Shown here in pieces: positions 7,171 to 15,729 of a DNA stretch of 64,000 nt; position 1 is the stretch's first letter, and each line of letters starts with the position of its first letter. The notes under the pieces are model-generated. The model did no database searches and was not told the DNA's origin. It saw only the letters and a list, made by a program, of their open reading frames with translations. The position numbers and the translations under genes are program-made. The stretch lies in NCBI GenBank assembly GCA_016789605.1, contig JAEUQO010000284.1:8205-72204 (forward strand). The letters run 5' to 3'. This stretch comes from Acidobacteriota bacterium (lineage in GTDB: Bacteria; Acidobacteriota; Blastocatellia; RBC074).

Positions 7171-9243
7171 TCAGTCATAGAGCCCGTCTGGGAAGCGGTC
7201 GAATTGCGTGCTCTGTTTGCGCCCGACGGCAAAGATGTTGTCGCCGCGCAATTCCGGCGGCACGTCAGGTCCGGCGGTTTGCGCCAACCATTGCAAGAAC
7301 GGCGCATCCGTTTCGCACCACAAATCCTTGGTGAACAGCCGCAGCACCTTGAACCCGGCGGCATTGAGCGCACGGCGAATTTCACTGGGCGCATATTCGC
7401 GGCTGTGTCGGTCGCCGGGGCTGCTCAGGTTGTATTCGCCATACACATACGGACTGTTGCCGGCGAGCGCTTTGCCAATGCTGAACGCGCTGGTGATGTT
7501 GGGCGTGGTCAAAATCAGCAATCCGCCCCAACGCAAGACGCGATTCAATTCGGTCAGCATGTGCAACGGATCCATCGTCAGATGTTCGATCAATTCACAG
7601 CACAGCGCGACATCGAAATGGCCGTCAGGAAAGGGAAAGCGTTCGCGTTCGACATCCAGATTGCGCATCGGCACGCGCAATTCTTCGCCGGTTTCCTGTT
7701 GCCGTACGGCAATCGTTTTTTCGCGCGGCTCGCCTTGCCACCAATTGGTGGTGACGATTTCGCCGTATTGGCCATAACGTTTGATCAACGGCGTCATCTG
7801 CAAATAACTGCTCAATTCCAGCAAGCGCTGTTGCGGTTGTCCGACCGGCACCAGTTCGACGGTTTCGATGATGCGGCGTCCGTGTTTTTGCAGGTAGCTG
7901 GTTGCGTTCGGATCATCGGCGAAAAAGCCCGCGACATAACGCAAGGCTTCGCCTTCATCCAGTTTGATGGTGGGAGCTTCTTTGAAAGCGAGCGAGTGCC
8001 CCACAGCGGCTGCCTGCCGTGACGAAACGGCGTCGCGGCGTATGAGCTCTTCCGCAAATTGCAGGTAGCGCGCCGCCGACTGGCGCACATCGCACTCGCG
8101 GCGCACCCAATCACGAGCGCGCTGGCTTAGCTGCTCACGCAACGTCGGGCGATAGGCCAGCGCACGCAATTTCGCATACAGCTCATGTTCTTCGTTTGGC
8201 CCGGTGGTAACTTTCAGGCAGACGTCGTCGGGCAATTCGGCAAACTGGCCAAAGTCGGAAACGATCACGGGTTTGCCCGCGCCCAATGCGCGCGTCAGCG
8301 TCCCGGAAGATTCGCCCGCTGTCGGATAGCGCAAATTCACGACCACATCCACGGCTTTCAGGTAGCGAAAGAAATCCTGTTCGGTCGCGTAGCCGGTCAC
8401 ACGAACCTGATTGCGCAAACCAAGCTCTTCGATTAGCGGCGTCACCGGGTGTCGCGTGTGGTCTTCGCCGACAATGACGAAAACGGCATTGGGCAACACC
8501 TTCAGCAAACGTTTGAACGCGCGCAACGTTGCGGGAATGCGTTTGGCCTGGGTGACGAATCCGAGCGAGCCAATGACCCAGGCGTCTTCCGCCAATCCCA
8601 GGCGGCGACGGCAATCAAGCTTGTCCCAGCCATCCAATTCATACGTTTGCGGCGCCAAATGATGCGGAAACACCGCGAGCGGAATCGTCCGTCCAATGTC
8701 CGGCACTTCGCGGGCGATTTCGGCGGCGGAAAAGCCGTTGTGCGTAATGACACCGCGACTGGCTGAAATCAGGCGGCGACTGAGCGGCAACAAAAACTGC
8801 TGGTAATCGCTGCCCACGCCACCAGCGCGCATTTCGGCAATGCGCGCGCCCAGCGTGCCATAGGCGTAAAACATCTCGTCCCAATATTCGTCTTCGTTGT
8901 CGCGGCCCAACGTGCGCCAGGCGATGAAATGATGCAAACAGTGTTCGTGCATCACGACCAGACCGGGCGTTTGCAGCGCACGTTCATAAATGTATTCGTG
9001 ATATTGATTGTTGCCTTGATGATAGAGGCAAAGGTCAAAGGGATTCTGGCGATGAATTTCGTCGAAATGAACGGCGTGATAGACGGCGAAATCCGGTCGG
9101 TTTTGATGTGCGCGCAATTCGCGCATCTGTTCGACAAAGACGGAAATTTCAGCGCCGCGCGCCAGATGCGGCAACAATTCGGCGTTGTAATCGGCCACAC
9201 CGGATTTGCTCGGCGGCAGCGGTGTGAAATAGGCAAGACGCAT
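7171..9243 (-). CDS. bifunctional GT4-family glycosyltransferase / class I SAM-dependent methyltransferase fusion
   Basis: The N-terminal roughly 400 aa look GT4/GT-B (Glycos_transf_1-like segment KPVIVSDFGQFAELPDDVCLKV). The C-terminal roughly 250 aa look like a methyltransferase (FPDGHFDVALCCELIEHL, VLRWGGLLILTTPN). Confidence 0.8.
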   Translation of the reverse strand: MRLAYFTPLPPSKSGVADYNAELLPHLARGAEISVFVEQMRELRAHQNRPDFAVYHAVHFDEIHRQNPFDLCLYHQGNNQYHEYIYERALQTPGLVVMHEHCLHHFIAWRTLGRDNEDEYWDEMFYAYGTLGARIAEMRAGGVGSDYQQFLLPLSRRLISASRGVITHNGFSAAEIAREVPDIGRTIPLAVFPHHLAPQTYELDGWDKLDCRRRLGLAEDAWVIGSLGFVTQAKRIPATLRAFKRLLKVLPNAVFVIVGEDHTRHPVTPLIEELGLRNQVRVTGYATEQDFFRYLKAVDVVVNLRYPTAGESSGTLTRALGAGKPVIVSDFGQFAELPDDVCLKVTTGPNEEHELYAKLRALAYRPTLREQLSQRARDWVRRECDVRQSAARYLQFAEELIRRDAVSSRQAAAVGHSLAFKEAPTIKLDEGEALRYVAGFFADDPNATSYLQKHGRRIIETVELVPVGQPQQRLLELSSYLQMTPLIKRYGQYGEIVTTNWWQGEPREKTIAVRQQETGEELRVPMRNLDVERERFPFPDGHFDVALCCELIEHLTMDPLHMLTELNRVLRWGGLLILTTPNITSAFSIGKALAGNSPYVYGEYNLSSPGDRHSREYAPSEIRRALNAAGFKVLRLFTKDLWCETDAPFLQWLAQTAGPDVPPELRGDNIFAVGRKQSTQFDRFPDGLYD

Positions 9244-9261
9244 GCGTTTGCAAAGTGCGGC

Positions 9262-10119
9262 TTAGGCGGTTTGGCGCGCACGACGCGCTTGCACCACAAA
9301 GCCAATCACAGCGCCGATGAAAAGCACCAGCGCGATAAATTGCGACGTCGAAAGATTGAGCAGCTCGCCGCGCGGGTCGTCGCGCCAAAATTCAATGGTG
9401 AAGCGCGCAACGGCATAAAGCAGCGCGTAGGCCAACATGATCTGCCCGTGAAAACGGCGACGGCGATACAACAGCAGCAACACAACAAAAATGAACAGCG
9501 TCGCGCCAAATTCATACAGCTGCGTCGGGTGCAGTTTGATCGGCGCAAGCAATCCGCCCAGCCGTTCGGCCCAAACGTTTTGCTGAATCGGATCAATCAG
9601 GTGACTGACTATGGTTGGCACGCCGGTGATCTCATGGCCTTTGTCGCTGAAATGCACGCCACACCACGAGGTGGTCGGTTCTCCCCAGCAACAGCCCGCG
9701 CTGAAACACCCCAGCCGCCCGATGGCCTGTCCGATGGCGATGCCCGGCGCAAACGCATCAGCGGTGCGCCACCACGGCAGTTTGTAAATGCGCATCACGA
9801 CCACCGAAGCGATCAATGCGCCCAGAAAGCCGCCATAAAACACGCCGCCCGAACGGAAAAAATCCAGCGTGAAAATCTGGCGTGGATTGTCGCGGTAATA
9901 GGCGTTCCATTCCGTCACCACCATCAGCAGCTTCGAGCCGATCAACGACGCCGCCAGCACCCACAACCCCAGGTCGTAGACTTTTTGTTTATCCAGCCCG
10001 TCGCGTTCCGCCAGTTTGGCCATCACAAACAGCCCGACGACAAACGCCAACGCCAGCAAAAAGCCGTAGGTGTTAAAAATAAAGTTGGTATACGGAATTC
10101 GGAAAAGTTCGGGGAACAT
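9262..10119 (-). CDS. lgt: prolipoprotein diacylglyceryl transferase
   Basis: Multi-TM protein with the Lgt signature region GQAIGRLGCFSAGCCWG. Conserved position next to lspA. Confidence 0.9.
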   Translation of the reverse strand: MFPELFRIPYTNFIFNTYGFLLALAFVVGLFVMAKLAERDGLDKQKVYDLGLWVLAASLIGSKLLMVVTEWNAYYRDNPRQIFTLDFFRSGGVFYGGFLGALIASVVVMRIYKLPWWRTADAFAPGIAIGQAIGRLGCFSAGCCWGEPTTSWCGVHFSDKGHEITGVPTIVSHLIDPIQQNVWAERLGGLLAPIKLHPTQLYEFGATLFIFVVLLLLYRRRRFHGQIMLAYALLYAVARFTIEFWRDDPRGELLNLSTSQFIALVLFIGAVIGFVVQARRARQTA

Positions 10120-10163
10120 GTGTTTTGTTAGGGCAACTCGGAAAATTGGCTTGCAGGCCAGCG

Positions 10164-10730
10164 CTATTCGGTCGAACTCGCCTGCCGCTCTTCTGCCGCT
10201 TGGGCCGCCATCGGCACCGGCGTATCAGGTCGCGCGTCGTCCGGCTTTTCTTCGCGCAACATATCCAGCGCGAGCAATACCGCGCCGATGCAAATCGCGG
10301 AATCCGCCACGTTGAACGTCGGCCAGGAATAAACATCGCGCCAATGCAGCTCGATGAAATCTACGACTTCACCCAGTCGCACGCGATCGATCAGGTTGCC
10401 GACGATGCCTGACAGCAACAACGCCAGCGCCGTGCTCAGTCGCCGCTGACCAGTCGGAGCCTGATACAGATACCCCAACACCGCCACCGCCGCGACCAGC
10501 GAAATCCCCGCCAGAATCCAGCGCACGTCAAACGACGAATCAGCGAACATGCTAAACGCCACGCCGCGATTGGTCGCGTAACTCAGCCGGAAGTATCCCG
10601 GAATGACTTCGTGGATCACGATGGGTTTGAGCGAACGTGTCGCCCACACCTTGGTCACCTGATCAACGATCAGTACAAGCAAGGACAGGGCTAAATACGC
10701 GAATTTGGCTTGCATAGTCTGGGGCTTCAT
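10164..10730 (-). CDS. lspA: lipoprotein signal peptidase (signal peptidase II)
   Basis: LspA motifs NRGVAFSMF and FNVADSAICIG. Start set at MKPQTMQAKF (10730), which overlaps the upstream small ORF stop. Confidence 0.85.
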   Translation of the reverse strand: MKPQTMQAKFAYLALSLLVLIVDQVTKVWATRSLKPIVIHEVIPGYFRLSYATNRGVAFSMFADSSFDVRWILAGISLVAAVAVLGYLYQAPTGQRRLSTALALLLSGIVGNLIDRVRLGEVVDFIELHWRDVYSWPTFNVADSAICIGAVLLALDMLREEKPDDARPDTPVPMAAQAAEERQASSTE

Positions 10731-11077
10731 CAAGAACGAATTTCCTCTATGACCGAAACGCCGCGAGAACCGTCGCCAGAAGTCCATTGCCAGCGTTCAT
10801 GCAATCGCAAACAGCCATCGGGCAACGTTTCCGGCGTGGAATGACAAATGCCGGTCATCAGTTCGCCAGCGGCATTCACGTGCTGATACCGCATATCCAG
10901 ACAGCCCGCGTCATCGGTTTTGGCAATCAAGGTGCCAAAAACAATCGAACCGCCGCAATACGTGGCCCATACGACGTCGCCTTCCTGGCGATACTGAAAT
11001 ACTGTTTCTGCCCCGACCTCGCCGTTTTCCGAATTGGACAGCGAAACGAAGCGGCGCTGGTCATAGTTGATGCTCAT
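10730..11077 (-). CDS. hypothetical protein (115 aa) inserted between ileS and lspA
   Basis: Open frame with plausible composition. Its stop overlaps the lspA start (translational coupling). No recognisable motif. Confidence 0.5.
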   Translation of the reverse strand: MSINYDQRRFVSLSNSENGEVGAETVFQYRQEGDVVWATYCGGSIVFGTLIAKTDDAGCLDMRYQHVNAAGELMTGICHSTPETLPDGCLRLHERWQWTSGDGSRGVSVIEEIRS

Positions 11078-11102
11078 TGCGTTTGCGAATGCCGCCTGAA
11101 AC

Positions 11103-13922
11103 TCAGGCCGTCGCCATCATTTCGTCCAGGTTCGTTGCGCAACGCTGGCACGCGCCCGGATAACGCGCGTCAAGACCGACATCGGTCGTGTAATGCCAGC
11201 AACGTTCGCACTTGCTGCCGTCGGCTTTTTCGACATTGACGCCGAGTTCCGCTCCTTCTTGCAAGGTGATTTGCGACACGATGAAAAGGAAGCGCAAATC
11301 TGCACCGAACGATTCCAGAAACGCTTTTGTCTGAGCATCTGCCGTGATCGTGATTTTGGCTTCCAGCCCCGCACCGATCAACTTGGCATTGCGCGCATCT
11401 TCGAGCGCTTTGGTCACCGTGCCGCGCAACTCAAACAACCGTTCGTAACGCGCCAGCAAATCGGCATTGCTCAGGGATTCGTCATATGCCGGGAATTCAG
11501 TCAAATGCACGGATTGGGCTTCGGCAAGCGCGCCGGGAATGTTTTCCCAGATTTCATCCGCCGTAAAGACCAGTATCGGCGCAATCAGCCGCGAGAATTG
11601 ATGAACAATGTCGTACAACGCCGTTTGCGCCGAACGCCGTGCCAGCGATTTTGGCGCGTAGGTATACAGCCTGTCTTTCAAAATGTCGAAATACAAAGAC
11701 GACAGTTCAATGGTCGCAAAGCCGTACAGCGTCTGGTAAACCTCCGTGAAGCCGTAGCGCTCATACGCTGCCAGCACTTTTTTCGTGGCGTCGTTCATCG
11801 CCGTCAGCGCCCAACGATCAATCTCGAACATGTCGCTGACTGGTACGCGATCCGTCGCCGGGTCGAAGCCATCCAGATTGCCCAGACAGTAGCGCGCCGT
11901 GTTGCGCAGCTTGCGATAAGCGTCAGAAATGCGCTTCAGAATTTCGTCTGAAACGCGCATGTCTTCGTGATAGTTCAGCGCCGACGCCCAGAGCCGCAAA
12001 ATCTCCGCGCCGCTGGTTTTGACCACGGTTCCGAGTTCCACACCCGTACCTTTGGACTTCGACATCTTGTCGCCGCTGACATCCACCACCCAACCGTAAG
12101 TGATGACTTCGCGATACGGCGCTTGGCCTTTGACTTCCAATCCAACAACCAACGACGAATTGAACCAGCCGCGAAACTGGTCGCCGCCCTCCAGATACAC
12201 ATTCGCCGGATAATCCAGCCCGTATTCTTTCAACACGGCAATCGAACTGGCACCGGAATCGAACCACACATCCAGAATGTCCATTTCCTTGCGCAGATTG
12301 TGCGAGCCGCACCGGCAGTTCACGCCCTCTGGCAACAGGTCTTTCGCCTCGCGCACATACCAGGCGTCGGCAGATTCCTGTTCAAAAATATCGGCAATGT
12401 GATTGATGACCTGCACATCACAAAGCGTCTCCCCACAATCATCACAGTAAAACACCGTGATCGGTACGCCCCAGGTGCGTTGCCGCGAAATGCACCAATC
12501 AGGGCGATCCTTGAACATGCTCTTCATGCGGTCGCGGCCCCAGGCGGGATGCCATTCGACGTCGTCACAGGCGGCAATCGCGCGTTCATTCAATCCGGTT
12601 TCCGTCATCGAAATGAACCATTGCGGCGTGGCGCGAAATACCACCGGATTATGACAGCGCCAGCAATGCGGATATTGATGCTGAAAAGTTTCGTCTTTGA
12701 GCAACGCGCCGATTTCGCGCAAATGAGCGATGACGGCTTTGTTGCCGTCGCGCTCGGCGTCGGCTTTGGTGATCGGCACGACACGCAAACCGGCAAAATG
12801 CTCCACGTCTTTCATGAAAAAGCCGCGTCCATCCACCGGGTTATAAGCATCAATGCCGTAGCGTTTGCTGATGACGTAATCTTCGTAACCGTGTCCCGGC
12901 GCAGTGTGCACCGCGCCCGTGCCGGCATCGAGCGTGACGTGATCACCGAGCATCAACAAGCTGTTGCGTTCGATGAAGGGATGGCGAGCATTCAACCGGT
13001 CAAACTTTTCGCCGCTGTACGTGCCAATAACTTCATAGGCATCATCCCCGGAATTGGCCCAACCGACCTTCGCGGCAACTTGCTCTAACAATCCAGTGGC
13101 AACGATGAAAACTTCACTGCCGACGGCAACAGCGCTGTACTCAAATTCCGGGTTGAAACTGATCGCCAGGTTGGCCGGCAGCGTCCAGGGCGTCGTTGTC
13201 CAGATGAGGATGCTGACATTTTTGCCCGTCAGCGCGGCGTCAATCTTCGGCGCGTCGGGAAACGGAAATTTGACGTAGATCGAATGGCTGGTGTGGTCTT
13301 TGTATTCGATTTCAGCTTCGGCCAGCGAAGTCACACAACTGATGCACCAGTGAACCGGGCGCATGCCTTTATAGACAGAGCCTTTTTCGACAAAAGTCCC
13401 AAAGGCGCGCACGATGTCGGCCTGGTACTTGTAATTCATCGTCTGGTAAGGATTGTCCCATTCGCCAAAGATGCCCGCGCGTTTGAAATCGTCGCGCTGC
13501 AAGGCAAGAAACTTTTCGGCATGTTTGCGCGCGGCGCGGCGGATTTCGATGGCCGGCATTTCGTGCTTTTTCGAACCGAGCGCTTCTTCGACTTTGATTT
13601 CAATCGGCAACCCGTGGCAATCCCAACCCGGCACGTAAGGCGTCCAGTTGCCCATCATCGAACGCGACTTGATGACAAAATCCTTTAGCGTCTTGTTCAG
13701 GATGTGGCCGATGTGCAGCCGTCCGTTGGCGTATGGCGGTCCGTCGTGCAGCACAAACACAGGTTTGCCCGCGCGGACCTCGCGCAATTTGCCGTAAATG
13801 TCCATCGCATCCCACTTTTGCAAGCGGAGCGGTTCGTTTTGCGGCAGGTTTCCTTTTTGTTGAAACTCTGTTTTGGGAAGGTTGACGGTTGCTTTCAGGT
13901 CAAGTTTCGCTTCAGTACTCAT
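11103..13922 (-). CDS. ileS: isoleucine--tRNA ligase
   Basis: HIGH motif (PYANGRLHIGH), KMSKS, and the C-terminal zinc ribbon CERCWHYTTDVGLDARYPGACQRCATNL. Start at MSTEAKL (13922). Confidence 0.95.
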   Translation of the reverse strand: MSTEAKLDLKATVNLPKTEFQQKGNLPQNEPLRLQKWDAMDIYGKLREVRAGKPVFVLHDGPPYANGRLHIGHILNKTLKDFVIKSRSMMGNWTPYVPGWDCHGLPIEIKVEEALGSKKHEMPAIEIRRAARKHAEKFLALQRDDFKRAGIFGEWDNPYQTMNYKYQADIVRAFGTFVEKGSVYKGMRPVHWCISCVTSLAEAEIEYKDHTSHSIYVKFPFPDAPKIDAALTGKNVSILIWTTTPWTLPANLAISFNPEFEYSAVAVGSEVFIVATGLLEQVAAKVGWANSGDDAYEVIGTYSGEKFDRLNARHPFIERNSLLMLGDHVTLDAGTGAVHTAPGHGYEDYVISKRYGIDAYNPVDGRGFFMKDVEHFAGLRVVPITKADAERDGNKAVIAHLREIGALLKDETFQHQYPHCWRCHNPVVFRATPQWFISMTETGLNERAIAACDDVEWHPAWGRDRMKSMFKDRPDWCISRQRTWGVPITVFYCDDCGETLCDVQVINHIADIFEQESADAWYVREAKDLLPEGVNCRCGSHNLRKEMDILDVWFDSGASSIAVLKEYGLDYPANVYLEGGDQFRGWFNSSLVVGLEVKGQAPYREVITYGWVVDVSGDKMSKSKGTGVELGTVVKTSGAEILRLWASALNYHEDMRVSDEILKRISDAYRKLRNTARYCLGNLDGFDPATDRVPVSDMFEIDRWALTAMNDATKKVLAAYERYGFTEVYQTLYGFATIELSSLYFDILKDRLYTYAPKSLARRSAQTALYDIVHQFSRLIAPILVFTADEIWENIPGALAEAQSVHLTEFPAYDESLSNADLLARYERLFELRGTVTKALEDARNAKLIGAGLEAKITITADAQTKAFLESFGADLRFLFIVSQITLQEGAELGVNVEKADGSKCERCWHYTTDVGLDARYPGACQRCATNLDEMMATA

Positions 13923-14029
13923 ACGTGTCGGTTGCTTGGTTCTTGGTGAAATATTCAGGGCGAATCGGTAAAGGCCAGCCAAAATGAGACCGCCAAAAGA
14001 GACGGGATCATAGCGTAAAGACTGGTCAT

Positions 14030-14074
14030 AAAAAAGCGCCCGGCTCCGTTGCATTTACCGGAGCCGGGCGCTTT
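14030..14074 (-). terminator. rho-independent terminator downstream of the YtxH/DUF948 pair
   Basis: 13 bp perfect stem (14036-14048/14059-14071) with a 10 nt loop. On the minus strand it is followed by TTTTTT (the A-run at 14030-14035 on plus). Confidence 0.7.
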
Positions 14075-14112
14075 GCGTTTGCGCTGTTTGTGATGAAGCT
14101 CCGGATGGAGCT

Positions 14113-14667
14113 TCAAATAAACATCTCTTCGTCTTGATAGGCTCGATCCACCGGCAAGCGGCGTCCTGCCAACAAGACATCCAGTGCCCGCCGTAAACCG
14201 AACATCAGGTAAGAGAATTCCCGCGCCGGTTCGAGCACGCTTTGCTGTACCAATGCAGTCGTACGTTCAAATTGATCGGTTGCCACCGCCAACGTGTTTT
14301 GCACCTGGTCTACCTTATCGCGTGCACGTTCGACCTCACGACGGGCCAGAGCAGTGGTGTCTCCCATCAGGCTTTTGACTTCGGCAACCTCATCTTTCGC
14401 CATCTCAGCGATGGCGCTCAGATGTTGCACGCCTTGCGAAAAATAGTCCGCAGATTGTTTGAGCTCGCCCATCAACCCGTGCGCCAATTTGATGACCGGC
14501 TCTGTATTGGTAAGCAGGTATTCGGCGCGCGTTTGCAATTGCGTGGCACGTTCAGCCATCACAACCAGCCGCCGCGCCAGGTAATACAACCCGACGAATA
14601 CGGCCACTTGCACCAACAGCAAGATGCCAACGCCAATGGCGATAAAATACGTCAACGTGCTATCCAC
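14113..14667 (-). CDS. DUF948-like membrane-anchored coiled-coil protein
   Basis: One N-terminal TM helix followed by a long coiled coil. Start is a GTG at 14667 with an AGAGG Shine-Dalgarno. The Firmicutes ytxG/ytxH-type pairing with the next gene supports the call. Confidence 0.55.
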   Translation of the reverse strand: MDSTLTYFIAIGVGILLLVQVAVFVGLYYLARRLVVMAERATQLQTRAEYLLTNTEPVIKLAHGLMGELKQSADYFSQGVQHLSAIAEMAKDEVAEVKSLMGDTTALARREVERARDKVDQVQNTLAVATDQFERTTALVQQSVLEPAREFSYLMFGLRRALDVLLAGRRLPVDRAYQDEEMFI

Positions 14668-14762
14668 AGCCTGACCTCTATGTAAGTGGCTTGCGCGGAA
14701 GCAACGACGACAGACCAAAATAGGCGCGTCTGTCGCCGAATGCTTCGCGCGACGTTTCCGTT

Positions 14763-15194
14763 TTAGCTCTCTTCAACCGCCGCACTGACCTTGGCTTGAT
14801 CCATCTGCTTGGCATCGCGATAGCCTTGCTTGCCAGCTTCGATGGCCGCCGCAAACTGTGCTTTTTGGCGATTGATCAGCTCTTTGCTGCGATCCGTCAA
14901 GTCGTTCACGGCCTCGCGGCTGCGCGTGGACAAATCATTGACGGCTTCGCGACCGCGTGCGCCCAACTCGGACGCGCGCTCGACTCCGGTTTGGTAATAT
15001 TCTGCCGCGCGTTCGCTGACATCGCGACTGGTATCGCGCGCATAATCCAGACTCTTGCGCGTCGCGTCGGCCAAATCCGAACGCAATTCACTACCCGCTT
15101 TCGGGGCAAACAGCAATGCCGTGATCGCGCCAATGCCAGCGCCGATCAAGAAGTAAACCAGTTTATCCCCGCCATTTCCTTGATTGTCTGCCAT
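14763..15194 (-). CDS. YtxH-domain protein
   Basis: ATG 15194 with a strong GAGGAGGA Shine-Dalgarno. A TM segment (VYFLIGAGIGAITALLFAP) followed by a K/E/R-rich helical region, as is typical of YtxH. Confidence 0.6.
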   Translation of the reverse strand: MADNQGNGGDKLVYFLIGAGIGAITALLFAPKAGSELRSDLADATRKSLDYARDTSRDVSERAAEYYQTGVERASELGARGREAVNDLSTRSREAVNDLTDRSKELINRQKAQFAAAIEAGKQGYRDAKQMDQAKVSAAVEES

Positions 15195-15352
15195 AACTTC
15201 ATCCTCCTCACGATGAATGTCTACCGTAGAAAGTTTGAGCGCAAGCAAGCGCTTGCGCCGCAAAACAACTGGTGACTGTGGGTGATTTGCATACGTTTAA
15301 AACCGCAAAGCACTATAGCACCGGAGGCCAAGGAACGGCAAGGTAAGCCTAA

Positions 15353-15382
15353 TTGACACCTTTGCGCACGCGACGCTACAAT
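15353..15382 (+). promoter_or_regulatory. sigma-70-type promoter for tatA
   Basis: TTGACA at 15353-15358, an 18 nt spacer, then TACAAT at 15377-15382. This lies about 35 nt upstream of the tatA start codon, whose Shine-Dalgarno is AAAGGAGAAG. Confidence 0.6.
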
Positions 15383-15417
15383 GCCAATCGTTCCGTGGCA
15401 CAATCAAAGGAGAAGTT

Positions 15418-15603
15418 ATGAGTTACTTTTTGTTCTTGTTTGGCGGGCTGGGTCCGACCGAATTGATCATCATCCTTGTCATTTTGTTGCTGTTGTTCGG
15501 CGGTAGCCGCCTGCCCTCGTTGGCCAAAGGTCTCGGTGAAAGCATTCGTAGCTTCAAACAAGGTGTCAACGAAAACAGCGGGGACGACAAAGACAAGTCC
15601 TAA
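15418..15603 (+). CDS. tatA: twin-arginine translocase subunit TatA/E
   Basis: 61 aa with an N-terminal TM (GGLGPTELIIILVILLLLFG) and the conserved FG-hinge and amphipathic helix (LPSLAKGLGESIRSFK). Confidence 0.9.
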   Translation: MSYFLFLFGGLGPTELIIILVILLLLFGGSRLPSLAKGLGESIRSFKQGVNENSGDDKDKS

Positions 15604-15729
15604 CGCTGACGCAACAACCCAATCTCCTAAACCATCTGTTGGCCGTCCCCGAACATCGGCCACGACAACCAATCGCCGCTGCGGCGACGCCCGCTATTCG
15701 CCTGAGCTTCACGCCGGGTTGCCACCGCA

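Noticed and set aside
8929-10131. 400 aa plus-strand ORF
   Set aside because: Antisense to lgt and the GT/MT fusion. Arg/His/Gln-rich low-complexity translation, typical of shadow ORFs in high-GC DNA. The sense-strand genes have clear catalytic motifs.
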